A DNA stretch of 64,000 bases from Podarcis gaigeae (Eukaryota). Of the stretch, positions 40,651 through 53,604 are shown one piece after another. Numbering within the stretch: the first letter of the stretch is position 1; each line of letters begins with the position of its first letter. Location: NCBI GenBank assembly GCA_964106915.2, contig OZ066918.1. One strand, given 5' to 3'. The notes under the pieces were generated by a model. It searched no databases and was not told the DNA's origin. It saw only the letters and a program-made list of their open reading frames with translations. The position numbers and the translations under genes are program-made.

Positions 40651-43600
40651 TACGGCAGCATCTCCTTATCTTTTTACTATATGCAAAATGACTGAAGAAA
40701 CAACCTGGTTAAAACACGCCATGACCACATGCACAAACCTGCAACCACCGTTGGTCCTCTTGCCACATTAGAAATGGCTGGCTGAAATCAGCATCCCTTT
40801 ATGCCAATTAGTAAAAATGTTTAGGCCCCTGGAGATATTCCAACATTTACTTGCTACACAAAGTTTAACCATTCCATTCTTGGTTTAAAATAAAAGTCAC
40901 ATGCACAAAACTACCACAGACACAGAACTCCTTGCAAACTCTTACTTTGCAGCAAACTATATTTTGCAATTTTATCCAAACCAGGCAAATTCTAGTTTGC
41001 AAAAGCCAGAGATTGCAATCAAAGCAGAGTTCACAGGTAGCTGAAGAAGGAATCTAACCACACAAATTCAAGGCTCAATAATATAATGCCAAACCACAGT
41101 TTGATGCTACATTTGAACTGACACTATGTCCATTTTATATGCTAGGATAGTACAATTCAGCAAACAGGGAAATGATAATTAGATGTTAGTAGAGTTTAAC
41201 TTGCATGTAGTGCAACAACCTTGGCACTGTGAAAGTCAGTCTCCTCTGCTTCACAACTGAACTGGAAAAAAGACAGCATTAGAGCACTATTAAGCTGAGT
41301 AAGACATTTATACTTCAATTTTGCCATATTCATAGTTGAGAAAGCCTTACTGCCTAGAATATTGCTTTGGTTAACCCATTATTTAAACAGCTTTTAGATT
41401 CTCATACCACACAACTTCCCTGTGTTTCACCTGAACAAATGGTGCACTCACACTAATTCCATGTTGTATCAGACTACAAATGATCTATAGAACATTCTCA
41501 CTGAGAAAAGGTGTTTAACAGATACATGAAAAATAATTTGAATTGCATTCAACTAAGTCCTACTCAAGAGTAGAACTGGCACCAACCCTTTTATTTCTAA
41601 TCCCATTTTGAGGTATTGAGACCATGGGTTTGATCTGAATCTCCTAGATTTCTAGTGGGATGCAGAGGCAGCTTTAAATATGTTAAGGTTTCTGGTGCAG
41701 GATTTATTGTACTGAGAACAATTAAGAATTCTGGCTGATCTTTGCTACTCTGAGCCAGGGCATTTCATACCAGCCCATTATGCTGAAAGCGTGCTTAAGA
41801 CTGTTGCCAGTTCTGACAGTTGTGTGCCCGTGCTAGCCTTTCTTCTGACATCCATCACAAAGTATGCACCAGAAAGAATAAAATACAGCTTCAGCATACA
41901 CAACAATTCTAATACTCCAATTTTACTACATATACCAGTTCTCTCTTTTCCATTATTTTGGGCATTTTATTTGGCCAAGAGGCAGAGAACTAACCTTTTC
42001 CATGATGATGTATATTACGATAACTGGAAGTAAGAGAGCTTTTCATTTTTCAAATCCTGACTGTTTATCTGAGGTGCTCTCACGGTTCCCCTCATTTTCC
42101 TTAGAAGCTGCATATCTTAACTCTCCATCTTACTCATTGATCTGCCTTGCCCCTGCTCCAACATAATATGCAATGCATGGCTACCTAAACTGTGTTCTAG
42201 CTGCATCTGGGTGGGCTTCAACAATCCAAACCACCATCCTTAACAAGACCCTAATCCTAAAGATTTGTTCTGGTTCTGAGATTCTGAAAAAAGTCTCCAT
42301 GTCCGTGACAGTACACTGCCATGGTTGAATTTGCTCTATTTGCAGGTGAAAAATGCTTGGGATCAAGCTATTTGAAAGGCTTAGCATAACATAGTTTAAA
42401 AGCTCCTTTCCAAACTGAGAGCAAGAGTACTGGGTAACCAATAAGAATACTTTTTGCAGGTTTGCTAGTCATATGTTTCAGCATATACACTGAGTCAATA
42501 AGTGCTATGAACAAAAACATAATTTTGATAATTTTGTCTATAGGCCTCCACTTACTAGGCTAATGAGAAAAGAACCTACATCACAGGTAGCAATAACCTT
42601 CTTTAGTATGCTCTGAAGAGTTTAAGATCACACACAATGCAAGATATATTGCTCTGGTAGGGAACTTGTCTTCAGCTTAAAGTTTGTAGACCTAATACCA
42701 TGTGCCACTATCCTTGGCCAAACCAAAGTCCAATCCAAAAGGTAAATTCTGTGGCCAGTGCCAGATGCTTCTGATCAAGTGCATGGAAACTTGCAGAAAA
42801 AACCAGCCTTCTTTAAACAAACAAAACAAAACCTGAGGATACTAGAGGCTTGTTTAAGAATTGCTGCAAGTAATTTAGGCTGCCACCATAACCTCACTAA
42901 GCTGGGAGTGAACCCCATAAAATTCAGTAGAACTGAGTAAACATGGTTAGAATTGCTCTGTTAGATAAATTACTTCCTTTCAATAACTTTCCTTTGAGAG
43001 AAACTGAAACAGTAATTAGAAAGAAGACTCATAACTAGTGTTCATGTTAATCCACATACTACCTGCTTTATCAATAGTAACTGGTTCTTCATATAGCTCT
43101 GAGAACATATCCAAAAGCATTTACAAAAGTGAAAGTCCTTTCAGCTATCCACCAAATTGAGCACACATACATCCCACCAATCCCCCCTCAGAACACTGGG
43201 AAGTAGCTGCATTTGATTCATGCAGAATACAAGAGAATATTTTCCATCACTATGTGCCATAGGATCAAGTAAAATGGCAAAGGATATTGATTCCTGTGCT
43301 TGTTTGCTCCCAGTAGTTGCTGGAAGCCAAGAATGTGAAAGGATTCTCCCTTTGGATGTAAGGCAACTGGGAATATGGCAACAATCACCATGCCATCACT
43401 TCCTTACTTCCACTAGCTTAAAAGGCCAATAGCTCAGTTCAGAGGTAGGTCTCCTTAAATATCTGAAGCCCAAGGAAGCAACATTCATGCAATCCCATCT
43501 CTAGCCCAGCCCAGCATAGACTGTATTGCAGTTTCTTGATTATGCAACAGAGGGCGATCTAAGGCTACTTCATGGAAGGAAGAAAACAAATATTAACTGT

Positions 43601-43749
43601 TATTCTTAGACTCTTCTGTTCAGTTCCACGCGCAGGACTGAATCTGCACAGTTCCCCCTTCCTCTATAACCATCTGGAAGCAAATAGTAGGGCACAGTAG
43701 CTTCTCATTTAGTTATTTCACACCACCGAAAATCTGCAATTCAAATCAT

Positions 43750-44250
43750 GTCAGTTATATTCCTCTTGAGGAGGAGAGGAGTACAATGCAATTCCAACAT
43801 AAAAGGTAAGAAACTTATGACGTGCGATCCTACATACAGGAGACCAGCAAACTGGCTGACGTGGAAAAATCTGTCAATTACACAACTTAAGAACTGCTGC
43901 AGCCTCTCTTGGTTGGAGGACCCTAGTGTAGGCTGGATGATCTTTAAGAAGATTAAGAAATACCATGTTGCCCTCCTGAAATGTCTGTTAGGTATTAGCC
44001 TTACCAGAAAGCAACAGAGGATAACAAAGACAATCAGCCAGACTACTGTACATACAAAGTCTACATCTCTGAGAAAGACTGGCAAGATACCAGCAGACCT
44101 TTTTGCTATTGGCAAAACCTGTGGAACAGCTGGTAATTTTGATAATTCCTGGTTCTGATTAAACGAGAAAGTAAGGGCTTGACAAAACACAGTGTGGAGA
44201 GAGAGTATGGAATACAAAGCACACAATGAAGGCTTCTTAGGCTGCATCAA
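43750..44250 (+). mobile_element. Possible ancient RTE-clade LINE 3' remnant
   Basis: With frameshifts, reads like the LSWLGHxCRLDD...G.R..G.Q..R.KD C-terminal motif of RTE ORFs. Weak. Confidence 0.35.
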
Positions 44251-44799
44251 ACCTATCCTATGACAACTTCTCATGTTCCTTTGCTTGTTCATAATCTTCT
44301 TCTTTGTAAACAGTACACATCACCTCTGTGGAGTTTATTCACACACCCTCAAGACTCATGTCACTGCTCTTTATTTATGGGTTCTGAGATCACAAACAAC
44401 CTCCCTTTCAATGAGTATACCAACCGGTCACAAGTATTTAGAGCACTCTGGAACAGCATCTCTGACAAGGCTATAAACCACATGTTGTCTGAGAGCAATA
44501 TTCCACCACCATTTTGGGATGCTCTAAAATATACATTTTGGGGGAGGGATGAAAGTAAGCTATTAAAGTTCTAACAAACTATGACAAAAGGCACTTGGAA
44601 GTAGTAGTGGGCGTAGTAGTAGTCGCAGCAGTTATTATTTAATTAAATTTATACTCTCCTACTGTAAAGCCCATCTAAACTCAACTTTAAACCACCACCC
44701 CTCTTTTCTTGTGACAGGCAACAACAAACTTCCTTTTGTGTACCTGGAAATTATCATTTTGGGAGCACCCTACTCTTTTGTACGTCTTTGTACATCAGA

Positions 44800-44932
44800 G
44801 GCCAGACTTTCCCAACCTGGTGCCTTCCAAATGTTTTCAACTACAACTGCCACCAACTAGCACAACCAATAGTCAGGGGGTGGTGAAAGCAGTATCAAAA
44901 ACATCTGGAGGACACCAGGCTGGTGAAGCCTA
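44800..44932. mobile_element. Decayed hAT-type palindromic MITE
   Basis: cccaacctggtgccttccaaatgtttt ... aaaacatctggaggacaccaggctgg inverted arms. Confidence 0.65.
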
Positions 44933-46781
44933 TCAGATTATAACTACCTAGACTCAGTGCATCTCTAGGAAACACTGAAGTATGCGTTTCTCGTTCGTTT
45001 TGCTGGCATCCCCACTGTCTCAGGGATAGCTTTTATTGTTAATCATTAAATTGCCATTTTGTTACACTCTCTCAATAAAACTCCATTTGCGTTCTTCTCT
45101 CTGTTGTTCCCTGTATGCCTTACACGAGGGCACTGGACTAAAACAAGGCAAAGCTACTCATGCTACACTCCTGTGTATTTTAATAAGTGAGCTAGTTTCT
45201 GAGTCAGCTCTACCAGATGGACAGCAGCTTATCCTCTGAAAGAACAGGCAGGGATGCAGTGGGAAAGTGTCTCCCTAGCACACGTAAAGCCTCAGTCATT
45301 TGTGTTCAGGAATATTTTATTCCCTGAACAGAGAAGCCATCTGCAGACATGTTTAGGGATGTGTGGTTAGAGCAAGCTGGGGCAGGCAAGTAGAGACAAG
45401 CTATATATACTTCTGATATTCCTTTGAAGGGACAAAGCCCTACAATAAAGGAAATGTACCGCTAAATCAGGAATCAAGTAGCAAATTGGCAATGGATCAT
45501 TTGCACTGGTTCCAGATGGATTTTCTGGCAAGACTCAACCTTGTGTATCTCGAGTTCAGCACACAAAAGTCCACAAGTTATTCCTGCAAGGAATAGAACA
45601 CTTAGTGTAGCCAACTAAATTTTACTTAGAGTAGGGCAATTAAATGAATGGATCAAAGTTAGCCATGCTCATTATTTTCAACGGGTTTACAATGGGTAAG
45701 ACTATAATTTGCTACAACCCAAGGATAGCAGAATTGTTGATGTTGGTGCTGCCTCAAACAGGGCACTACGCATCCCTATTCATGCACTTTTTAAAAAACC
45801 ATCAATGCCATGCATAAGATGAAATATGAAGATATATGTCTTTCAGGTCCAAGGGCACAAACTGCTCAGTGGAGCAGGATTTCTAGCAAACAAGGCATAT
45901 GGAGTTCTCTGCAGCCAAAACATGTTCAACAACAAAAGATCTAATACTGGAGGGCAACCATCTGCCTATCTTGGGAACTGCAAATTAGTAAGAACAATCC
46001 CTTGCTCTTCTCCCCAAGGGGAACCGTTCTCTCACTCTTGAACAAAAGTGTTTCTGACTCCTGCAGAAGGAAGAGATTCTGACAATCCTTGCAATGTCCT
46101 GGTCTCTGTCAAGATGATTAAGAAGACTCTGTTAGAACTCTATAAAGAGCAACTGGTTCTGAACTGGATGGACACAATGTTCCAAGTAATGGATTCCCAC
46201 ACTAGAAGGATGTAATTAAGCTGATGCCCTTACGAATGGCTGGCCAGGATGCAGTGCTTACAGATAAAGTTACTAAGGCTCTGTCTCTCATGGGAAGTCC
46301 GAGTTGGCTATGCTTTTTCACAGACTTTTAACAAGATTCAACAATGTAATCCTCTCCAAGGTATACTGAATAGCAAATGTAGAAGATGAGATCTTGCCCT
46401 CGGAAAGACAGTGTTTTTTAAAATAATTCACCCCTTTGAGTCATCTACAGATAGCAGACACTGACAGTGCTAAGAATCACCTTTGAGAACAAATTCTGCT
46501 CCTCGTTACTACCACAAAAGAGAGTACGAAGGAAAAACATCAAAAAAGCAATGTATAATAGTTATACAAACAAATTTCAGAGTACAATGCTCTTCTTTAT
46601 TGCTACTAATGCACTGGTCATAATCTCATGTGTGAAGTGCAAAAGGCCTTCAAATGAAGGGAAAGATGAACATATGCTTCCAAGAAGGCTCTACTATTAA
46701 CTGGATGGCAAGCAGGAGAAACATAAAATACCCCAAGTATCAGTGACAGGCCTCCACATTTACTCACTCGCTTGCAGTCCA

Positions 46782-46814
46782 TAATTAATTAATTAATTAA
46801 TTAATTAATTAATT
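46782..46814. repeat. (TAAT)n self-complementary microsatellite
   Basis: About 8 tandem TAAT units. Confidence 0.9.
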
Positions 46815-47258
46815 TCATAACAATATCAGTTAATTGCCATGCTTATGTTCTGCCCACCCACTGATGAGATCACTTAGGCCTGTTTTGCAGAGCCCCGTTT
46901 ATTTAACCCATTAGTATCTATGTTCCTATCTGGCCATCATCCACTTTGCTTATATCATCTACTGTCAGTCTGGTAACACCATGGATGACTTAACTATCAG
47001 AGGTATGCACTGTGTAATTCTTGGTTCATCTGTCTATAAATTCTGAACCTGCTCTAAAACACAAGCCTACCTTTATGTTGCATTCTCCCTTTTCAATTTC
47101 TGTCTTTTAGATTGTGAGCCATCCAGAAGTATTGCATAAAGAGCTATCACCAGGTTAGAAACAAGAAGCCAGTCTTTCCTTCCATTATTTTCCCAAGGCT
47201 AAGCCAAATTAGACACATCTTCCACCACTTCAGGACCCAAACACAAGACTAAACTTAC

Positions 47259-47370
47259 GGAGCTCTGTCATTATTCAGTCCATTCTGTCTCTGATGGTTA
47301 ATTGGGGGCAGAACAGGCTTGCTGTTAATCTCAAGTCCCCTTCGCAGAGTCTCCCGGATTTGCTCTGTAT
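47259..47370 (-). CDS. SUFU: SUFU coding exon 8 (112 nt)
   Basis: (D)TEQIRETLRRGLEINSKPVLPPINHQRQNGLNNDRA(P); acceptor cgtttcAG, donor GTaagt. Confidence 0.96.
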
Positions 47371-48296
47371 CTGAAACGATAGTTAAAAAACTGAGTCAGG
47401 TTCAGTTCAGATGGTCCTCCAGAGCATGGACCGGAAGATTAGAAACAAACTTCACACACTTCCCCACTCATATGGCTTCCTTCCTTTCCTGCACTAAGAC
47501 AAACTATTCTTGGCTGATTTGGGAGCCGCCGAGTGGCTGGGCAACCCAGTCAGGGGTGTGTGTGTATGTTTGTGTAAATTTACTGTTGTTGTTGTTGTTG
47601 TTGTTGTTATTCATGGTGCTTACCCTCCAAACCACAATCAGAAGCTATAGAAGAGGTTAAATGTAATTTTGTTTGTTTTAAAAGAGAGTAGCTGCGGGGT
47701 GGGGGGAGATGAAACACCACAGAACCGACACTAACTGCTGAGCAGCACACAGAGTACAAAGTGATTCAGCTTTGTGAAATAAATGAGCAAAAATTGAGAG
47801 GGTTGGGAGAGCTAAACCTTGAGTTTTGGGCTTTGAATTTAACTTGATATAACAAAAAATTCAAGTTCCATACGAAGCAACTTTGCTCTTAAAATAATCA
47901 TATTAAATTTAATGAAGACCTCATAAAGCACACCAAATATCTGGTTTCCTGTTTTAATACATAACTCGATGCAATACAGCCTCCCAATTTCATACTTTTA
48001 GCCATGCCTTCTACCACTTTTAAAAATACCTGTGATTATCAAGTATGTGACTTGTAAAAAGAATTTTTAAAAATAGGGAACTATCTTCTTATAATAGTCC
48101 AAAAACATTATATTTTTTGTATGCTGACATCGGATGAAAACAAAAGATCAAGGTTGTAATGGAGGAATACTGCAAGTAATTCAAGTTGTAAACAAATTGT
48201 ACCTATTTAGAAACACAGCAGTGTGAGAACTCCATCCAACTTAGCTGTGATGCCGAGAAAACAACCTTCTGAGTGGCTTTCCGGGTTCCCTCTTAC

Positions 48297-48450
48297 CTTT
48301 CCCAGACAATCGTCGGGGATGTGTGCCAATGCAGATACTTCTACTGTCTTCGTCATCCTCTGGCGGCCGGCTAAGATCATCCCAGGCACACTTAGCACTG
48401 ACACCACTCAGGTTCGAACCGTCTGTCTCAATCCCTTTATCAACTCTGTC
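48297..48450 (-). CDS. SUFU: SUFU coding exon 7 (154 nt)
   Basis: DRVDKGIETDGSNLSGVSAKCAWDDLSRPPEDDEDSRSICIGTHPRRLSGK; acceptor tttaagcAG, donor GTaaga. Confidence 0.97.
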
Positions 48451-49230
48451 CTGCTTAAAAAAGATCCAAAACAGCCAAGTCTTTTGAAGCCAAAATCCCA
48501 CCTGTGCCACTACAGGAACTACAACCTCATGGTGCATGTTTTCCTAGATTGTGGTTCACCAACACAGAGCCTGTGGATGCCCGCAAGTCTTCAAACTCCT
48601 GCCTTGTCATCCCACCCACCCCCACCCCGGCTCCTTGAAATTAGGCTTCAAAGCAGCCTTCTGGTGAAAACAAAGGAAAAAAGATTCCACTACCCTTGAC
48701 AAAAATGCAACTTAACCGAGTTAAAGGGAAAACATTCAATTCTAAACTGTATAAAAATAGATTTTTAATATTCCATAAGATAAAATGAACAGTATAAATG
48801 AATATAAATATAAGCACTTCTTTTTCACTTACAAGCCACTGCCAATTAAAAACAAAGGCTTCTAAAAACAAAACAGCCAGACACATTTCAACACTGAGTC
48901 TTTTTCTGTGGCTCAGTCATTATTATCTAAGACAAAGGTAAGTAGAAATCGTTATAGTCAAAATCCCAGACAGGCAAAACATTATTTCAGAAACAAAAAT
49001 ATAGTTCAATTACTCACCCTTATGCCTCATTAAAAAAACTTTTTAAACTGGAATGACTAAGTGCCCATACATTTCTACAAATCAATGAATTCAATTGAAG
49101 ACATATAAACACATTTCAAATATCAATGCAAAGCCATTCTGGAATATCAAAATATGGAATATTAAAACTCTATATTTATACAACTTATAATGAAAAGCCT
49201 TCTAGTGTGGCCATTAGAAGACTTTTTCCA

Positions 49231-49530
49231 AGGCTAATTACAGCAGGGGAGGGCGACTTTGAGGGTCACAGCTGGGGAGGAAAGGGTTAATCCTCTTCTT
49301 TGGAGTGAACCTCACCCTGAAACCACCCCCCTCACCACGATTAAGATTCAAGGAAGCCTTCTATTGGCTATAATAAAAGGCTTCTTTGAAGTCTAATTCC
49401 AAAGGAGGGGCAAAGTCTGAAGTTGTCACTGCTGGAGAAGGGAAGGATTACTCTTTCCTTCCCCGCCCCCATCCAAGCAGCTGTGACCTCCCCACCAAAA
49501 CATCCACACACTCCCCACTGTAATTAGGCT
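49231..49530. repeat. Long imperfect palindrome (probable old MITE)
   Basis: Nested inverted arms ctaattacag/ctgtaattag, ggtcacagctg/cagctgtgacc and ttcaaggaagcctt/aaggcttctttgaa. Confidence 0.75.
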
Positions 49531-51154
49531 TTACATGTCCCTCTGTCCCCCAATGTAATTTATGGGGTGGAGAAAACTGTGTGTGTGTGTGATCTCCTAG
49601 CTGAGGAGCCACAGTTAACTCTTACCCCCCCAGCTGAACTCTCCAGGAATATCACAGGCTGAAACACTTCCCCCCCCCAAACTAATTGCAGGGGGGAGAT
49701 GGGATTGTGTATGCCTTTGTATGGTTGCCATGTGAGCACTTGGTGGTGTGTGTTTGGAACCCAAGGTAGAGTCTCTAGTTTGCAAATGGAAAATTGGAGA
49801 TCCTCATTCTACATTTTATTGGCAGTCAGCACTTGAGAAATGAAGGGCTTTTATACTGTCCCACATTGTGCTAAAGGAAAGGAAATGTGAGCCACAGCTT
49901 TTAATTCATCAAAACTAAATTTTGCAAAAAGTTGTTACATCAAGAATAGGTTTCAATGAATCCTCAATACATCCTCCCGACTTGTGATTATCAAATTTCC
50001 CCCTTTGAACAGTGCCTGACTGTCAAAGAATCAACCTCATAGTGATTCTACAAGGTTAAATCTGAATATCTGAAGGAAAAGTTCTGAACATAGTATTCCT
50101 GCATTACATGCAAATCAGAAATTCAAAATGTAGACAGAGCAACTTAGGAAAATTACTTGTGTCAGCTTCTAAAATTCACCACCAGATGATGCTGTTAAGC
50201 TAAATATAGCAGTGAAGGGAGCCTTACAAGGAGAAGCAACTGCAGCAGTTTAATGTAAAAACCAAGGAGAAAATATTTATTCAAATTTTCTTTTCACATG
50301 CAAACATATACACTCAACTCTAATGGAACTACATTTAAGAAACTTATTTCTCTGCTGCACCAATCAAATATGCTTAGCTCTTTGGCATGGTGAAAGAAAA
50401 TTTCACTCTGGCCTACCAGACTCACACATGCAGTGTTTCGCCATTTTTAATGCCAAATTTGGAAAGGTAAGCTTCTCCTACTACAGCAACAAAATTCTGT
50501 ATTAAATGTATTTATGAACAGTTTGACATTGTGCTTTATTAAGAGCTGTACAGAGGTAATTGCTTTTCAGCTTTTTGTACTGTATGGTTGCTGTGTTGTT
50601 CAATATGATCTGAAGAGAACCAGAGTATGCTGTGTTGGTTATTATGTCCTTCTGGTGAAGGTTAGTATATAAAATTCTTCATAATTACATGTGCTAAATT
50701 TCTGCACAACTGTTAAAGGCACAGGAACCCTACTCTGTCATTGTTGTACCTTGTAAACTTGCAGAGAAAATTGCATGTAGCAAGTGACTTCCCCATTCAT
50801 TCCCACCCTCTCCAAAGCACATGTGCACTAGAAAACAGACAAGGCAGGGAAAATAGAGGTTCAGTAGGGTAGGAGACCGAGCTGCTTGTGGCCCAGTTGC
50901 CTATATTAAGCTGTTGAAATGAGTTCAGGGACACTCAGTGAAGCCAATCACACTTTGATCAGGCAATCAGTGATCTACAACCATTGCCTCTAGGAAACGG
51001 TATTCCAAAGATACCCAGGTTGAGTCCCAGCAGCTTCTGACAGTAATCAACAAGTCTATCCTGAGCACATTCAGTTACCAGAAGGTAGCTGTTCCTCATG
51101 ACTAAGAAAGCAATGCTCTGCTGTCATCTAGGACCAGATTGAGTAGTTACATAC

Positions 51155-51227
51155 TTGCAGGTGTGGATCTATTTCAAATATGGTCTCTCCACGTCGCATG
51201 TCTGTTATCAACCATGGGCCTCCTGCT
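51155..51227 (-). CDS. SUFU: SUFU coding exon 6 (73 nt)
   Basis: AGGPWLITDMRRGETIFEIDPHLQ; poly-T tract then gtttatAG, donor GTatgt. Confidence 0.97.
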
Positions 51228-52571
51228 CTATAAACAAAAAAAAAAAAAAAAGAAAGTGATTGTACTACCATTGCTCCAATGCTTCTAGGTTTCCAATTAT
51301 TTTAGTGCAAATGCAATAAGGGACAGAAAGGAGGGATAAATTTGGGGTTCTGGATGAATAATTAGAACTTCTACCTGTCCATTTTAGATGTTGGATTATT
51401 GTTAAGCCTCTAATTCAACTACAGAAAATGGACAATATAACTACAGGATGGTAATCTGTACTGTTTTCCCATTTATCATGAAGAAAACAGACCCCAATTT
51501 TCCGTATGACTGCAATATCTCATAGCAAGAGGGTAAAAATGGTTGTAACATCAAAGAGAGACGGGGATCTTCATGGACTGGACTTACCCTTCCTGCATAT
51601 AAATGGCCCCTCAATTCGAAAGCAGAGAACAATTAGCAAAAAGATTATTCATGTCCAAAGATAAAAGTACAGAATTGGAAAGGACCTCAAAAGTCATGTA
51701 ATCCTTGTACTGTCAGCATTCTCTAGAATTAAACTGTACAAGACAGATGACAAACCAGTTTTCTTCCGATAATACTCATATTGAGCTTCTTTGTTCCACA
51801 GCTTTTGTTCCTAGAAGTGGAAATTCTGTAATTCATGTTTAAGGGTGGAGGGCTTGTATTAAATAAGAGCCCGAGCACTTAAATACTTTTCTAGGGCAAA
51901 AGGTTAAAAATTGATAATGGAATTTTAAATACAGAAAAAGCAAATGGTCAAATATGCATTTCTAGATTAATTTAATTTCTAAAATAAAAGATATTCGAAC
52001 ATTCCCAAGCAGAGGTGGAGAACCTCATATGTGGGGCCCAAATGCAGATCTTCGGGTTTCTGCATCTGGCCCTCAGGAGCTCCCAACTAAGCCATGTGTC
52101 TCTCAAGGTCATAACCCCACCCCACCAGTTCTGCTCCACACAAACCTTAAGGGCTTTTGCCTGGATGGAAAGTATCCTTAAACTGTACTAGTGCTTCTTA
52201 CTTGGCCTGGATGGAAGTGGGAGAGATGTGGGTGGGACAGTGAAGAAACCTCTTAACTTTGATGTGGATGGAATGTATCTCACAAAATGTAGAGAGGTAT
52301 TCTCTGTCCATGCCTCTTATCCTGCCCACTTTTGTCTCCAGCACGCACCCCCACACCCAAAGTTTTCTATGAGGGGTATAGCTACTGGTCTGAAAAAGGT
52401 TCCACAAACTTTGAGCAAAAAGACTGAAAAATTCAAATTGAGCTTTGACATCAGAATAAACCATGTCAATGTATATGCAGTTACAGATAGGTAGCCGTGT
52501 TGGTCTGCCATAGTCAAAACAAAAAAAATTCCTTCCAGTAGCACCTTAAAGACCAACTAAGTCAGTTCTTG

Positions 52572-52609
52572 GTATGAGCTTTCGTGTGCATGCACACCTC
52601 TTCAGATAC
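52572..52609 (-). ncRNA. Minimal type I hammerhead ribozyme motif of the PLE pLTR
   Basis: GUAU-CUGAAGA-G-GUGUGC-AU-GCACAC-GAAA-GC-UC^-AUAC: both catalytic core strands, helix I GUAU/AUAC, helix II, and a palindromic AGCU helix III. Confidence 0.8.
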
Positions 52610-52789
52610 ACTGAAACAGAAGTTTCCAGACCCTTCTATATAGTGAGAAGGTGGGGAGGGGTATTACTCAGAAGGGTGGTGGGAATGGGTGATTGGCAGA
52701 TAGCTGTGATGAGCCTGTTGACGACTCTTAACGACTGCAATAGGTCTTACAGGAAAAAGCAAGGGGTGAAAAGGTGAAAAATGGCTTTG

Positions 52790-53335
52790 TCATGTATAAT
52801 GAGATAAGAATCCAAGGTCTTTGTTCAGACCAGGTTTCTCCATGGTTTTAAGTTTGGTGATAAGTTGCAATTCAGCAGCTTCTCTTTCCAGTCTATTTCT
52901 GAAATTCCTTTGTAGTAAAACAGCTACTTTGAGATCTTGTATAGAATGTCCTGGGAGATTGAAGTGTTCTCCTACTGGTTTCTCTGTCTTGTGATTCCTG
53001 ATGTCCGATTTATGTCCGTTTATTCTTTGGCGTAAGGTCTGGCCTGTTTGTCCAATATAGAGAGCTGAAGGACACTGTTGGCATTTGATGGCATACACAA
53101 TGTTAGACGATGAGCAATTAAATAGTCCCGAGATGGTATGTGTGATGTTGTTGGGGCCAGTAATGGTGTTGTCCGGGTGTATGTGGCAGCAAAGTTGGCA
53201 TCTGGGTTTATTGCAGGCTCTGGTGCCAGTGTCCGTGTTAGGTCTGGTTGTAGTATTATTGTGGGTTAGGAGTTGTTTAAGACTGGGTGGCTGTCTGTAA
53301 GCAATGAAAGGTCTTCCTCCCAGAGCTTGAGAAAG
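52790..53335 (-). pseudogene. PLE ORF C-terminus: Cys-rich linker and GIY-YIG endonuclease
   Basis: Open frame LSQALGGRPFIAYRQPPSLKQLL...CNKPRCQLC...NIVYAIKCQQCPSALYIGQT...RINGHKSD...VGEHFN...GLN. The CxxxxCxxC linker is typical of Neptune-clade PLEs. Confidence 0.9.
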
Positions 53336-53518
53336 AGAACTGACTTAGTTGGTCTTTAAGGTGCTACTGGAATGTATATGCAGATATCCCAAACTACATA
53401 ATTTATTCCAGGTGTAGAATTTATAAGCTTTTATGATTGCATTCATCTTTATCAGGCAATATTTCTTTAAAGAATATTTATAATACTGTTTTTAGTCAGC
53501 TGGCAATGCTGTACTTAC

Positions 53519-53604
53519 ACAGGAACAGTCCGAAGCAGTTCCAATATACCCTGTCCATTCCACTGCTGTGCTGCATGAAGCTCCTCTGTACAGACGCCAA
53601 CAAT
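53519..53604 (-). CDS. SUFU: SUFU coding exon 5 (86 nt)
   Basis: IVGVCTEELHAAQQWNGQGILELLRTVP(V); acceptor tttttccAG, donor GTaagt. Confidence 0.97.

Larger units (their letters stand above)
52481..53370 (-). mobile_element. Penelope-like element (Neptune-type), 5'-truncated, young, with inverted pLTR segment
   Basis: GIY-YIG ORF, 3' UTR/pLTR with hammerhead, TSD aatgtatatgcag at 52468-52480 and 53371-53383, and a perfect 37-bp inverted repeat (52533-52569 / 53336-53372). Confidence 0.93.

Noticed and set aside
43741-44292. 183-aa minus-strand ORF in intron 8
   Set aside because: No recognisable domain, it does not fit the SUFU exon structure, and it probably lies antisense to an old LINE remnant.
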